Source of the DNA: Candidatus Bathyarchaeota archaeon
Lineage (GTDB): Archaea; Thermoproteota; Bathyarchaeia; Bathyarchaeales; Bathycorpusculaceae
Assembly: GCA_963815095.1 (NCBI GenBank)
Contig: CAWFFH010000001.1
Span: 1-64,000 of the forward strand
Length of the DNA stretch: 64,000 nucleotides
Direction of reading: 5' to 3'
Shown: positions 31,005 to 41,173 of the stretch, one piece after another
Layout of the letters: every line of letters starts with the position of its first letter
Numbering within the stretch: the stretch's first letter is position 1
Translations under genes and position numbers: made by a program
Notes under the pieces: generated by a model
The model's input: the letters and a program-made list of their open reading frames with translations, nothing else
Database searches by the model: none
What the model was told of the DNA's origin: nothing

Positions 31005-31755
31005 AGGTATAAAGATCGTTGTTTTCGCTGACCTTGACGGCAGTTTCCTCAATGAAAAGTATGAATACGATGAAATCGAACCAATTGTTAAAAACCTTCT
31101 ATCCTTAGATGCCTCGATTGTTTTTGCCAGTAGTAAAACACGCAGTGAAATTGATTATTATAGAAAGAAATTACAGATAAGTGATCCATTCATCTCTGAA
31201 AATGGTTCATCCATAATAATCCCTGAAAATTATTTCATGATGAACTATGGATTTACAAAGCAGGCTCAAGGCTACAATATAATAGAACTCGGGACAACTT
31301 ATCAGATAATCTGCGAAAAACTATCAGTTGCGATGGAACGATCGAGAGCCAAAATTGTCGGGTTTGGAGACATGACTGTTGGGGAAATAGCAAAAGATAC
31401 CGGATTGCCTTTGTATCTCGCAAAACTAGCCAAACAAAGGGAATATAGTGAACCATTCAAAATACTGAATGGCTCTGAGAAAAACGCCTTGCAAGCGATC
31501 AGTAATGAAGGACTGTGCTATACAATGGGCGGAAAATATTTACACGCCCTTGGAAACTGTGATAAAGGAAAGGCAACAATCATTTTAAAAAACTTGTACT
31601 TGCAACAGTTCAAAAGAATCATCAGCATTGGCGTTGGAGATAGCGCTAATGACTTGGCTATGTTAAAAATTGTTGATAAACCATTTTATGTCATTAAACC
31701 AGAAGGAAGAAAAACCGTCTGGAAAAAGATTGAGTTGATTGCTCGAAATCAATAA
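30994..31755 (+). CDS. gpgP: Glucosyl/mannosyl-3-phosphoglycerate phosphatase (HAD-IIB)
   Basis: DLDGS, SSKTRSE, FISENG, REYSEPF, GDSANDLAM; overlaps the end of gpgS. Confidence 0.88.
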   Translation: MNNKGIKIVVFADLDGSFLNEKYEYDEIEPIVKNLLSLDASIVFASSKTRSEIDYYRKKLQISDPFISENGSSIIIPENYFMMNYGFTKQAQGYNIIELGTTYQIICEKLSVAMERSRAKIVGFGDMTVGEIAKDTGLPLYLAKLAKQREYSEPFKILNGSEKNALQAISNEGLCYTMGGKYLHALGNCDKGKATIILKNLYLQQFKRIISIGVGDSANDLAMLKIVDKPFYVIKPEGRKTVWKKIELIARNQ

Positions 31756-32063
31756 AGCCAATTAAGATCTAATAGTAAAAACTTTCTCATTTTGCTTTTT
31801 CACTCTTGTTTGCATGAAAATCGATCTTATAGTTAATATTCTTGTGAATTCAAGGGAGCGAACATAGAGATATTATCGCCGTTTCATGTTGCTCAACGAC
31901 AATATCCACCGCCCAACAAAATATATACTTAAAAAGCGTTAAAAAATAAATTAAATGTGCAACCTGCCAATTCATCTGAGGCGGTCAAGTAAGTTTTGTT
32001 CCAACTCTGAATATGTTTTAATACGCGTAGGAAGGACATTATCCGAGGCTACAATAGCCCGTA

Positions 32064-33323
32064 TTAGTATTTCTCAATCAAATAATGTTTGAGGTTTTCG
32101 AAGATTTTTGCTTCTTCAATTATTTTAGTTTCAGCCTCTTCTCGCGATTGTTCCCACGTTTCTTTTAGGAAAACGGCTACTCGACCAATCCAAAGTATTC
32201 GTAGTGCATCTATCAATTTTCCTCTGCCATATACTGGGTTTTTGTGGAATTCAGCGATGAAAGAGTAGACTGTTTTCGCCCAGATTTCCGAAGAAAAATC
32301 TAAGTCTGACGTTTCTATTTGTTTTATTTGTTCGAATTTTTTTTGGATTTTTGGTTCTAGAAATGTTTTGTAGATTGCTTGGTACTGGTCGTAGTTGTTT
32401 TTGAAGGCTTCTATGGTTTCAGGTAGGGAAACCTGAATGCCTTCAGGTGTTTCACAGAATTTATCTTCGCCAACCGTTTCTACCTTGGAAACACCAACTA
32501 TTCCTTTCCATATAGGTTCATACTCTTCTATACCGGTAAACATGATGTTCATGACTTGGCGGAACATACCCGCCAGTTGACTGGACGGGTCCTTTGCATC
32601 ATGGCTTTTAACTCCTAAAAGAGCTTCCTTAACTTTGTAGCCTTTAGCGAGGGCCGTCTGGGTTTCAAAAATGTCAATACCGAAGCGGCAAACGTCAGGT
32701 TGCTCCCACATGTGAGAGTCTAAGAGATCTTCTACTAATTCTATAGAAAGTCCGAAGTCGCCGCCAATGGGTTGCCTGATATCTTTGCCAAAAAGACTGG
32801 TTGTCACTGGATAACATAGGAAATTGGTTATTGTTCCATCGTATTTGCGTCGGTTGTAATACGGCGCAACAAAACCTGTTCCCGTTAATGTTGGAGAAAT
32901 TAAAAGCTCCATCCACTCAGGAGTTATACTACGCAGGTCTGAATCCACCAACGCTACACTTTTTACTTTGAGATGACTTGCTGCTTCAAAAATAGCTCTG
33001 ACCGCTCTTCCTTTGCCTGATATCCCCATGTAAATGGCTGGAATCAGCTTCACTTCGGATGGTAAGTAAATCTTCTTCACTGAGTTCAATGTGTCGTCTT
33101 TTGAATTTCCGTCTGAAACAAAGATTACGGATCTCTTATCGGGGAAATAAGTGTCTAAACCTTTGGTTACTTGAGAGATAACATAGCTTGCTGTGAGAAC
33201 ATTATTGAAGGATGGGATTCCAACTAAGATGTCTGCTTTCTCTATGTCATGCAGATAAACGTGGGCATCCAACGATAGCGCAGAGTCATTTCTATTCATT
33301 TTTGTTCTTTGCCAATTACTCAT
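32064..33323 (-). CDS. Glycosyltransferase, single-step glucosylglycerate/mannosylglycerate synthase-like
   Basis: VGIPSFNN, SDGNSKDDT, GKGRA, VDSDLRSITPEW, PYYNRRKYDGTITN, RQPIGGDFG, FGIDI, KSHDAKDP. Confidence 0.75.
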   Translation of the reverse strand: MSNWQRTKMNRNDSALSLDAHVYLHDIEKADILVGIPSFNNVLTASYVISQVTKGLDTYFPDKRSVIFVSDGNSKDDTLNSVKKIYLPSEVKLIPAIYMGISGKGRAVRAIFEAASHLKVKSVALVDSDLRSITPEWMELLISPTLTGTGFVAPYYNRRKYDGTITNFLCYPVTTSLFGKDIRQPIGGDFGLSIELVEDLLDSHMWEQPDVCRFGIDIFETQTALAKGYKVKEALLGVKSHDAKDPSSQLAGMFRQVMNIMFTGIEEYEPIWKGIVGVSKVETVGEDKFCETPEGIQVSLPETIEAFKNNYDQYQAIYKTFLEPKIQKKFEQIKQIETSDLDFSSEIWAKTVYSFIAEFHKNPVYGRGKLIDALRILWIGRVAVFLKETWEQSREEAETKIIEEAKIFENLKHYLIEKY

Positions 33324-33400
33324 TCTTTCTAAAAAATCATTCGCTCAAAATCCATCTTTTGTTACTTGAGTGTTGTTTTAAGCAGCGACAGTCTTCTCAC

Positions 33401-34789
33401 TTAAATTTTACATTTCAACTTCAAAATCACACATATGTCGTTAACGTTGGTTCCAGTCGCTCCTGTACGAATAAGGTCACCAAGCTTTAAGAAGAAATTG
33501 TAGGAATCATTGTTCTCTAGATATTTTTTCGGATCCAAACCTAACTGCTTGGCTCGCTTCAGCGTGTAGTTGTCCGCGATAGCTCCTGCCGCATCTGTTG
33601 GTCCATCCACACCGTCGGTGCTAAAAGAAGCAATCACGCATTCATCCGATTCTTCAAGGTTTAAGGCAGCGGACAATACCAGTTCTTGGTTCCTTCCACC
33701 TTTCCCTTTTCCAATTACAGTTACCGTGGTTTCTCCGCCGGCAACAACGCCCAAAGGTTTAAGGCTAGACGGATTACAAGTAAAATCTCGATTGACAAAT
33801 TGGACCAATGCTTTTCCAGCTTCGATAGCTTCGCCTTCCAATATATCAGTTAAAAGCACTGTGTTTAATCCTTCAGAACGTAGGTACTCAATGGCGGCCG
33901 AGCTGGCAATTTTGTTGTTTCCGATTATTACGCTGTGAACATTTTCAAACACTATATCTCCCGGCTTAAATGTTTCCTGAATCAGCCCTTTTGCGCCTTC
34001 CGAAAGGATGTTGCGGACACTAACAGGAGCATTAACCCATAATCCATACTTTTCAAGAACTTTTTTTGCATCACTGAATGTTGAGGTGTCAGGAACCGTA
34101 GGTCCAGAGGCTACAGCATCTAGTGAATCACCCATGACATCGGAGAGAACAATGTTCAGAACCGTAGCAGGATAAGCTTTTTTTGCTAGCCATCCGCCTT
34201 TGAACGCAGAAAGATGTTTTCGAACAGAGTTTATCTCAGTTATTGCAGCTCCGCTTTTGAGGAGAATATTTGTTAATGCCTTTTGATCCGTAAGAGGTAT
34301 GCCCTCTCGAGGAAGGATCATGAGACTTGAGCCACCGCCTGAAATCAGGCAAATCACTAAATCCTCTTCTTGCGCCTGTTCAGCTACTGTCATAATGCGT
34401 AAAGTGCCCTTTACTCCTGCTTCATCTGGGACTGGGTGGCTGGCCTCGTTAAGTTCTATCCATTGTGTTCGTTGTCTTGTACCATAAGGAATGTTCACAA
34501 TTCCAGCGGTTATGTGATTACCAAGTATTTCTTCTATGGCTTGCGCCATTTTACCGCCTGCTTTGCCACCGCCAACAACATAAATATGCTTGAAATTCTT
34601 CAAGTCAAACGTGTAGCCTTCAACCTGAAGTTGATCGTTTTCCACTTTTATTTTAGACTTCATAAGATGCTTGGGTTCAACTGCGTTAACAGTTTGTTCA
34701 AAGCACTGAAGAGTTAGGGCCCGACACTTGCGGATACTTGGAGTCTCTCCGTTTTCAATTAGATCATCTTGATTTTTGATCTGAATCAT
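33401..34789 (-). CDS. Glycerate 2-kinase (MOFRL/GckA/TtuD family)
   Basis: GGGKA, EASHPVPD, LISGGGSSL, VRKHLSAFKGG, AGGETTV, GGRNQE, TDGVDG, TGTNVND. Confidence 0.93.
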   Translation of the reverse strand: MIQIKNQDDLIENGETPSIRKCRALTLQCFEQTVNAVEPKHLMKSKIKVENDQLQVEGYTFDLKNFKHIYVVGGGKAGGKMAQAIEEILGNHITAGIVNIPYGTRQRTQWIELNEASHPVPDEAGVKGTLRIMTVAEQAQEEDLVICLISGGGSSLMILPREGIPLTDQKALTNILLKSGAAITEINSVRKHLSAFKGGWLAKKAYPATVLNIVLSDVMGDSLDAVASGPTVPDTSTFSDAKKVLEKYGLWVNAPVSVRNILSEGAKGLIQETFKPGDIVFENVHSVIIGNNKIASSAAIEYLRSEGLNTVLLTDILEGEAIEAGKALVQFVNRDFTCNPSSLKPLGVVAGGETTVTVIGKGKGGRNQELVLSAALNLEESDECVIASFSTDGVDGPTDAAGAIADNYTLKRAKQLGLDPKKYLENNDSYNFFLKLGDLIRTGATGTNVNDICVILKLKCKI

Positions 34790-34948
34790 AGTAATGACCG
34801 CGATAATGTTTCATTTAAGTTCGTGGATTAAGGCTAATAAACACTTTTATTTTGAACGTTTTTGAAAAAAATCGTCAATTTTGCCATACAAATATTCGTA
34901 TGACACGATGTTTTCCTTCATATTAGCACCATGCGGTTAAGGCTCAAT

Positions 34949-35326
34949 CTAAGAGGTATCTTCATAAATAAAATCTGAAGAAAAAGCAGAATCCTTCTGC
35001 TGTTCAAAATTTTCCTCTTTCGTATCTTCAACAGCGGTCCCTTCTAAACTTCGGTTTCTTTTCCATTGAGGCTGTTTGGTCCTCTCAGAATCCTTGAGCA
35101 ATCTAATAAATGGAGCAATCATGATAGCTATTATTCCAACTCCCAAGGCACCTACAAAAATGATTTCTCCCAAGGTAATTAGAAGAGGATCGACTTGCAA
35201 CGCAACTGAGAAAGCCGAAAACAAAATTTGAACTAAATCCAAATTGAAAGCTTCCAACTCTAATTTCATCAGCGAATGTTTATATGCTTTTGCAGTGAGC
35301 AATGGAAAAAAAGTATTGAACAACAC
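34949..35326 (-). CDS. Hypothetical membrane protein
   Basis: One or two hydrophobic segments and an acidic tail; start uncertain. Confidence 0.45.
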   Translation of the reverse strand: MLFNTFFPLLTAKAYKHSLMKLELEAFNLDLVQILFSAFSVALQVDPLLITLGEIIFVGALGVGIIAIMIAPFIRLLKDSERTKQPQWKRNRSLEGTAVEDTKEENFEQQKDSAFSSDFIYEDTS

Positions 35327-35667
35327 AACTACAAATCTATTCTATTATGTTCGAAAATCGGTATAGGTATTTTTATTTCATTTAATGCTACAATTAAAAA
35401 CTATCAGATTTTTGATGTTCGATAAAAAAAGAAAGCCGGCTAAATCCACTGCGCCATGACGCAATGCTTTCTTGCAAAGTTGTCAGATAGGGCAAAGTTT
35501 CAATTCCTTTAAGTCAAACTTTTAGAGTTAGGATTTTATAAAAATATATTTGATAATTTCAATGGAAAATTTTAGAAGAAAAAAATATTTCATTGCCGCT
35601 ACAGAATCTTCATCGCTGTTATTAGTTACCTAAAACCGTAGAAGCAATGTTGAAAAAAGCGTTGTTT

Positions 35668-36927
35668 TCAATTTATCTTAGCAGTTTCAAGTGGAAGTGT
35701 TTTCTTTCTAGATGTAGCTAATGAACCAATCGTGGCGATTATAGCTGTTGTGACAATTACTATTACCGCGAGATCGACGAACAAATTGGAATAAGGAAGC
35801 CCGTATTGGGCTGGCAAAGTAGCCAAAACTGCAGCAGCTAACCCCCTAGTTAACACAAAAGTCATTATTTGGCGTTCCTTTTGCAGGGAACTCTTCAAGG
35901 TCGTTATCCAAACTGCCCCGTACCGAGTGGCAAGAAGAATGATGGAAAGCATAAGCCCGAAAAGCACGATGCTTAAGCTCGATATTGAAACGATTATACC
36001 CAAAAAAACGAAAAAGAAAGTCCTAATTAAAAAAGCTACTTCAGCTTCAAAACGTTTGAGGCCTTTGCTCACGGATAAGAAAATTTTTTCGTTAGTTCCA
36101 TCAGTAGGAACAATTGAATTTTGGTTAATTACTTGCTTAAAAATCCTTAGAATTTCTCCTTCGTTTCCCAATATTAATCCAAAAAGCAGCGCACTTAGAG
36201 CCCCACTTCCACCTACACTTTCCGAAACAGCATAACCCAACAATACAATTCCTAAAGTTAGCATATAAGAAAAAGGTAGGGTTGCAACTTTTTTTAAGGC
36301 AAATAGCCAAGCAAATCCTAAGGCTACGCCAATTCCCGCTCCAATCAAGAATTTGCCTGCAATCCCTAACCCTATTGAACCAACATTTGTCTGCCCTGTA
36401 ACAATAACTCCAAGAATCGATAAGCTTATGACCACACAGAGAATGTCTGTGAGTGCAGATTCTAAAATCAGAGTAATTGATGCTTTTTCACTTATATTTA
36501 TTTTAGATGCAAGTGAGATAACAACCACTGAGCTACTACCGCCGTATATACTGCCAAACAGTAATCCGTAAACAAGGGGCACATTAAATACAACAACCAT
36601 GAAAAGTCCAACACCAAGGACACTAAATATGAAACCAGTAACTGCAAGCAAAACAGCTCTGGGACTGTTAAAAACGACTTTTCGAATATTCAAACCTATG
36701 CCGCCATCAAACAGGATGTATGCCAAAGCCAAAGCTGCAATATACGGTGCAAAACTCTTAACCGCTGTTGGATTGAATACCCCTAAAATTGGGCCAAAAA
36801 TGACACCTAGAAATATTAGTATAAGCATGTCAGGCAAACCGGTTTTTTTGAAAAGGTAGTTAGCTAAGAAACCAATTAGAATTATTAGAGCACTTATGAT
36901 TAGAGCTATTGAAACGGCGTCAAACAA
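35668..36927 (-). CDS. Cation:proton antiporter (CPA1/NhaP-like)
   Basis: ILFDGG, LESALTDI, FFFVFLG, RGLAAAVLA; about 13 TM. Confidence 0.9.
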   Translation of the reverse strand: MFDAVSIALIISALIILIGFLANYLFKKTGLPDMLILIFLGVIFGPILGVFNPTAVKSFAPYIAALALAYILFDGGIGLNIRKVVFNSPRAVLLAVTGFIFSVLGVGLFMVVVFNVPLVYGLLFGSIYGGSSSVVVISLASKINISEKASITLILESALTDILCVVISLSILGVIVTGQTNVGSIGLGIAGKFLIGAGIGVALGFAWLFALKKVATLPFSYMLTLGIVLLGYAVSESVGGSGALSALLFGLILGNEGEILRIFKQVINQNSIVPTDGTNEKIFLSVSKGLKRFEAEVAFLIRTFFFVFLGIIVSISSLSIVLFGLMLSIILLATRYGAVWITTLKSSLQKERQIMTFVLTRGLAAAVLATLPAQYGLPYSNLFVDLAVIVIVTTAIIATIGSLATSRKKTLPLETAKIN

Positions 36928-37096
36928 GCGTATCAGCTCCTTATTTTAATCTTAATATTATTAAGATTTGCGAAACAATTGCGCCTTCTTTCGTGTTATC
37001 GATGTCTTTAAAGATAATTAACTTTTTATTTCTATAACATTAGAAGTAGGTTTTGTTGATTTTTTTATGCAAAAGTATTATTTACGATAATGTAAG

Positions 37097-37390
37097 ATGG
37101 ATTTCCTGATGTTTGTGATGATAAATATTGACGGTGTCTTGGGAAAAACTGTAATTGGTGCAGCAGGTAACTATATTGGCGAAGTGATTAACATTGATAT
37201 CGACGCTGAAACTTGGCAGATTACTCATCTGCAAATTAAATTATCTAATAAGGCAGCAAAAGAATTTTGTCTTAAAAAAACACTTAAAAGCTCTAACCTT
37301 AAGATTCCAACTTCGTTAGTTAACGACGTAGGTGTAATTATTACGTTGAACCTCTCGCTATTGGATTTAAAAAAAATACTTAATTCATAG
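37097..37390 (+). CDS. PRC-barrel domain protein
   Basis: GKTVIGAAGNYIGEVINIDID..TWQITHL...VNDVGVIITL. Confidence 0.75.
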   Translation: MDFLMFVMINIDGVLGKTVIGAAGNYIGEVINIDIDAETWQITHLQIKLSNKAAKEFCLKKTLKSSNLKIPTSLVNDVGVIITLNLSLLDLKKILNS

Positions 37391-37561
37391 TGCTTGCTTT
37401 CAATTCGTCCTGTAGGCTCCAGCAGTCATATTCTTGCACGACTATCATTACGTACAATTATCTTGGTTAAATATCAATGATTTCAAATTGGTTGCGAGAG
37501 ATTGATTAAGTACACCGCAATAAAAAATGCGTAGATATAACAACTGAGGGCTAGCTATTCG

Positions 37562-39136
37562 ATGGTTAGTATTGAACTCGTGGTATCAGCATTTCTGCTA
37601 GTGTCGTTTGTAGCTGCGCTCATTTCGACCCGTCTTAAAATTCCATATACGTTAATTTTGGTTTCCACCGGTGTCTCAATCACCGTAGTTGCAATTCTAT
37701 TGTCTCTAGAACCAAGTTTTCTTCAAGTGCCTATGCAGAATCTAATTGGTCAAATTCGCTCAATTTACTCTTTGTTAATTCAAGGGGGTGGCGGAGGTCT
37801 TTTCGTAGGTCTTGTAGTTCCCCCTCTGATTTTTGAGGCTATGATTCACATTCGAGGAAGTGATCTCAAAGAAGTAATCAAACCTTCATTAGCTCTAGCA
37901 ACTGTTGGAGTGTTGATAGCGACCGCAGTTGGAGGGGTGATTTTGTGGAAAGTCATAGGTCTTTCCCCTTATGTTTCTTTCTTATTCGCAGCACTTATTG
38001 CTCCCACAGATGTAGTCACTGTACTAGAAGTATTTCGGCGCGTGAAAGTTCCCTCCAAACTATCAACACTTCTGGATACAGAAGCTGCCTTTAACGATGC
38101 CACAGCAATCGTAATTTTCACAATCATACTCGCGTCAGTAGGACTACAACAAATCAGTGTAGTGAGTTCATTTCTGAATTTTGGTTACACGCTTGGGATC
38201 GGGGTTTTAATCGGTTTGGGCGTTGCTTTCGTTGGAGAAATCTTGTCAAGCTTACTTGAGGATAAAGTCGCTGAAACTATTCTGACAATTGTGGTCGTTT
38301 ATGGGTCTTACGCTTTTGCATCTGGAGTTGGCGCCTCAGGATTGATTGCAGTGACTGTTGCAGGATTATACTTTGGCAACTATACAATTCGAACTGCAAT
38401 GGAGCCCGCAACAAGAGAGGCAGTAACCATCTTCTGGCAAATAGCCGCCTTTTTGGGTAACTCAGTCGCATTTCTTCTAATAGGCTTCCAAGCAAACATC
38501 ATTACTGCTTTTCCCCAATCAATTTTCCTAATGGTCGCTGCTTTCATTGCTGTTACAGCAGCGAGGGCAGCTACGGTTTACCCAATTTTTGCCATTTTCA
38601 GAAAAGTAGGTGGGAAAATGTCAAAGGTCTGGGCTAATATCGCTATGCTTGGAGGCGTTAGAGGCGCTCTTTCCATAGCGCTTGCAGCAACAATTGCAAC
38701 TTCAGCCGTCATTTCTCAAACTGATTTGAGCACAATAAACACGATGGTTTTCGGTGTAGCATTCATTTCAATTATGATTCAAGTGCCTATTTTATTTAGA
38801 TACGTAAAGAGAAAATTGCCCCAGCCTGAAACTGAAGCCTTTAAGGAAACTGATTTTGACGAAGAATTCACAAAGATATCCTTAGATGTGCAAGACGCGC
38901 ACAAATTAAGATCGGAGAACAAGATTTCTGAAAGAGAATTGGATGAAAGATTACACAAAAGCAAAAGTGAACTAGAAAAATTACTGACGAAATCTCATGT
39001 GACACTTGAAACAAGAAAGATTATTCAAGCCCGAGCATCCATGCTATTTCCATCCTTACCAAAGCGATCTATGCGACGTAAACAAAAAATTAAAGATGCA
39101 ACCGAAGATAATTCATCTTCAAATGATTCTGAATAG
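37562..39136 (+). CDS. Na+/H+ antiporter (CPA1) with helical C-terminal tail
   Basis: PPLIFEA, LIAPTDVV, TEAAFNDA, FLLIG, GGVRGAL. Confidence 0.92.
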   Translation: MVSIELVVSAFLLVSFVAALISTRLKIPYTLILVSTGVSITVVAILLSLEPSFLQVPMQNLIGQIRSIYSLLIQGGGGGLFVGLVVPPLIFEAMIHIRGSDLKEVIKPSLALATVGVLIATAVGGVILWKVIGLSPYVSFLFAALIAPTDVVTVLEVFRRVKVPSKLSTLLDTEAAFNDATAIVIFTIILASVGLQQISVVSSFLNFGYTLGIGVLIGLGVAFVGEILSSLLEDKVAETILTIVVVYGSYAFASGVGASGLIAVTVAGLYFGNYTIRTAMEPATREAVTIFWQIAAFLGNSVAFLLIGFQANIITAFPQSIFLMVAAFIAVTAARAATVYPIFAIFRKVGGKMSKVWANIAMLGGVRGALSIALAATIATSAVISQTDLSTINTMVFGVAFISIMIQVPILFRYVKRKLPQPETEAFKETDFDEEFTKISLDVQDAHKLRSENKISERELDERLHKSKSELEKLLTKSHVTLETRKIIQARASMLFPSLPKRSMRRKQKIKDATEDNSSSNDSE

Positions 39137-39366
39137 TTTATTTTTTTATTTTTTGAACTATTTTAGAGCTTGTGGGCTTTGATCCATCTCTTGATAAGAC
39201 TTATTGAGTTTGACGCTATAGGATAGTTGCTAAAATTATACTTTCTAGATACACCCGCATGAATCCTAATGGGGGTCATTGCAGAAACCTGTAGGGGTTC
39301 GTCGCATTACGATTTGAGTGGCTATTACTATGTTAAAAACTATCTAATTGAACGCATAAAATTAGC

Positions 39367-39648
39367 TTATTTTTTTGTTTTGGGTTTTGTCTGTGGAATT
39401 TTTGTGGGTTCATCCCAGTATTTGTCAAATTCTTCGGGTGACATTATGTTGAGGCTTTTGAGTTGTTGGCTAAACGTGTCCAGGGCGCAAGGGTTGTTGA
39501 GGTGTGCACGGTAAATCTCCATCAGCAAATCAATTGCCATCGAAGTCGAAATGGGCTTTTTCGCCATTAACGACAGCTCCTCAGAGACTTTAACTAAATC
39601 CTCATGAACCCGCAAGGGCAAATCAACAGTCTTAGTCATACCAAACAC
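39367..39648 (-). CDS. Small hypothetical protein (possible ribbon-helix-helix)
   Basis: MTKTVDLPLRVHEDL...STSMAIDLL. Confidence 0.55.
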   Translation of the reverse strand: MFGMTKTVDLPLRVHEDLVKVSEELSLMAKKPISTSMAIDLLMEIYRAHLNNPCALDTFSQQLKSLNIMSPEEFDKYWDEPTKIPQTKPKTKK

Positions 39649-39891
39649 TTCTTGCTACAATCTCATAGTTATTTGCTGGCATCCTTTTTAATTTTCGCCA
39701 ACTCATTTGCTCTTTGTCTACGCGAACGTCACTCAGTAAGCCATTAGTGTGTCGAGGTTCTCTCTTGGAACATGTCATTTGCCAAGTTCATTTAGCCAAA
39801 ATGCTCAATTTATTTCCTCAAAATTTTTCTGGCTTCGTCGCTTTCTGAAGATATAAATATATTGTGAGCAATAAATAAAACCAGGTTACGG

Positions 39892-41139
39892 GTGACTTTT
39901 TTGAGAATAGGGTTTTTTGTTTACGAATATCCTCCTCAAGTTGTTGGGGGCTTAGGAACATACGCCGAATACATTACTCAACAATACGTTGACCTTGGGC
40001 ATGACGTTTCAGTTTTTACATTAAATAATAATGGATTAAAAACAAGGGAAATAATGAGGGGCGTTGAAGTTCACAGACCTCTAATTGCAGATGCAAGCAA
40101 CATCTGGCCGTTCTTTGTGGCTGACGACCTCAAAAAGTGGGGAACCAACATCAAATTCTTCAACGACATCTTCATCTACAACATTTTGAGTGCAACCAAA
40201 TTCATCAACGGACTAATAAAAAAAGAAGGCTACAAATTTGATTTAGTCTGCTGCCACGATTGGTTAAGCAGCATCGCAGGATTGGTTATTAAGAATGAAA
40301 CAAAAATCCCGGTTGTTTTTCACGTACACAGCACCGAGTGGGGTAGAAGCGATGGACCCGGATCCGAAGTCGTTACCCACTTTGAAAACGCCATGGCTCA
40401 AAACTCAGACAAAATAATAACTGTAAGCTACGCGATGAAACAAGACCTTGAAAAACATGGTTGGCAATCCAGCAAAATTAGTGTCGTTTGGAACGGTGTG
40501 GATCCAGAACGTTATAACCCAGTTAATGTTCAAAAACAAGAGGTCATGGCGATTAGGCAGAAGTATGGGATTCCAAACAATTGGAACATGTTGCTTTTTG
40601 TAGGAAGGCTTGCATGGGTAAAAGGTGTACGTAACTTGCTTCAAGCAATGCCTCTTGTCCTCAAAGAATACCCCAACACAAAACTAGTCATCTTAGGCAA
40701 AGGAGGAGAACAAAACGATATCGTGGAAACAGCTGAAAGGCTAAACATTAAAGACAATGTTGTTTACCGCTTCGATTTTGTTTCTGAAAAAGAAAGGATC
40801 ATTCATTACGCTGCTTCAGATGTCTGTGTTTTTCCCTCACTCTACGAGCCTTTTGGAATTGTCAGTTTAGAAGCGATGGCATTGGAGAAACCCGTTGTGG
40901 TAGGCGCCCGCGGCGTTGTTGGCTTTAAGGAACAAGTAGTAAATGGAGGCACGGATCAAACTGGCGTTCACATTAACGCTGAAGACCCAGCAGACATAGC
41001 TTGGGGCATCAAGGAAACGTTAAGGGACCCTGAAAAAGCCAAGAACTGGGGCGAAAATGGCCGAAGAAGAGTGCTTGAATATTTTACTTGGCAAAAAGTT
41101 GCTGACCAAACCATCAAAATCTACGACTCTCTACTATAA
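39892..41139 (+). CDS. GT4 glycosyltransferase (glycogen synthase-like)
   Basis: EYPPQVVGGLG, HDWL, HSTEWGR, FVGRLAWVKG, PSLYEPFGIVSLEAMA. Confidence 0.88.
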   Translation: MTFLRIGFFVYEYPPQVVGGLGTYAEYITQQYVDLGHDVSVFTLNNNGLKTREIMRGVEVHRPLIADASNIWPFFVADDLKKWGTNIKFFNDIFIYNILSATKFINGLIKKEGYKFDLVCCHDWLSSIAGLVIKNETKIPVVFHVHSTEWGRSDGPGSEVVTHFENAMAQNSDKIITVSYAMKQDLEKHGWQSSKISVVWNGVDPERYNPVNVQKQEVMAIRQKYGIPNNWNMLLFVGRLAWVKGVRNLLQAMPLVLKEYPNTKLVILGKGGEQNDIVETAERLNIKDNVVYRFDFVSEKERIIHYAASDVCVFPSLYEPFGIVSLEAMALEKPVVVGARGVVGFKEQVVNGGTDQTGVHINAEDPADIAWGIKETLRDPEKAKNWGENGRRRVLEYFTWQKVADQTIKIYDSLL

Positions 41140-41173
41140 ACGCGGAAATGTAAATAACCTAAAAAGGGTTATT

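Noticed and set aside
39243-39258. Second att copy (minus strand GGGTGTATCTAG) closing the island
   Set aside because: Only weak partial similarity to the 2421-2476 motifs; could be chance.
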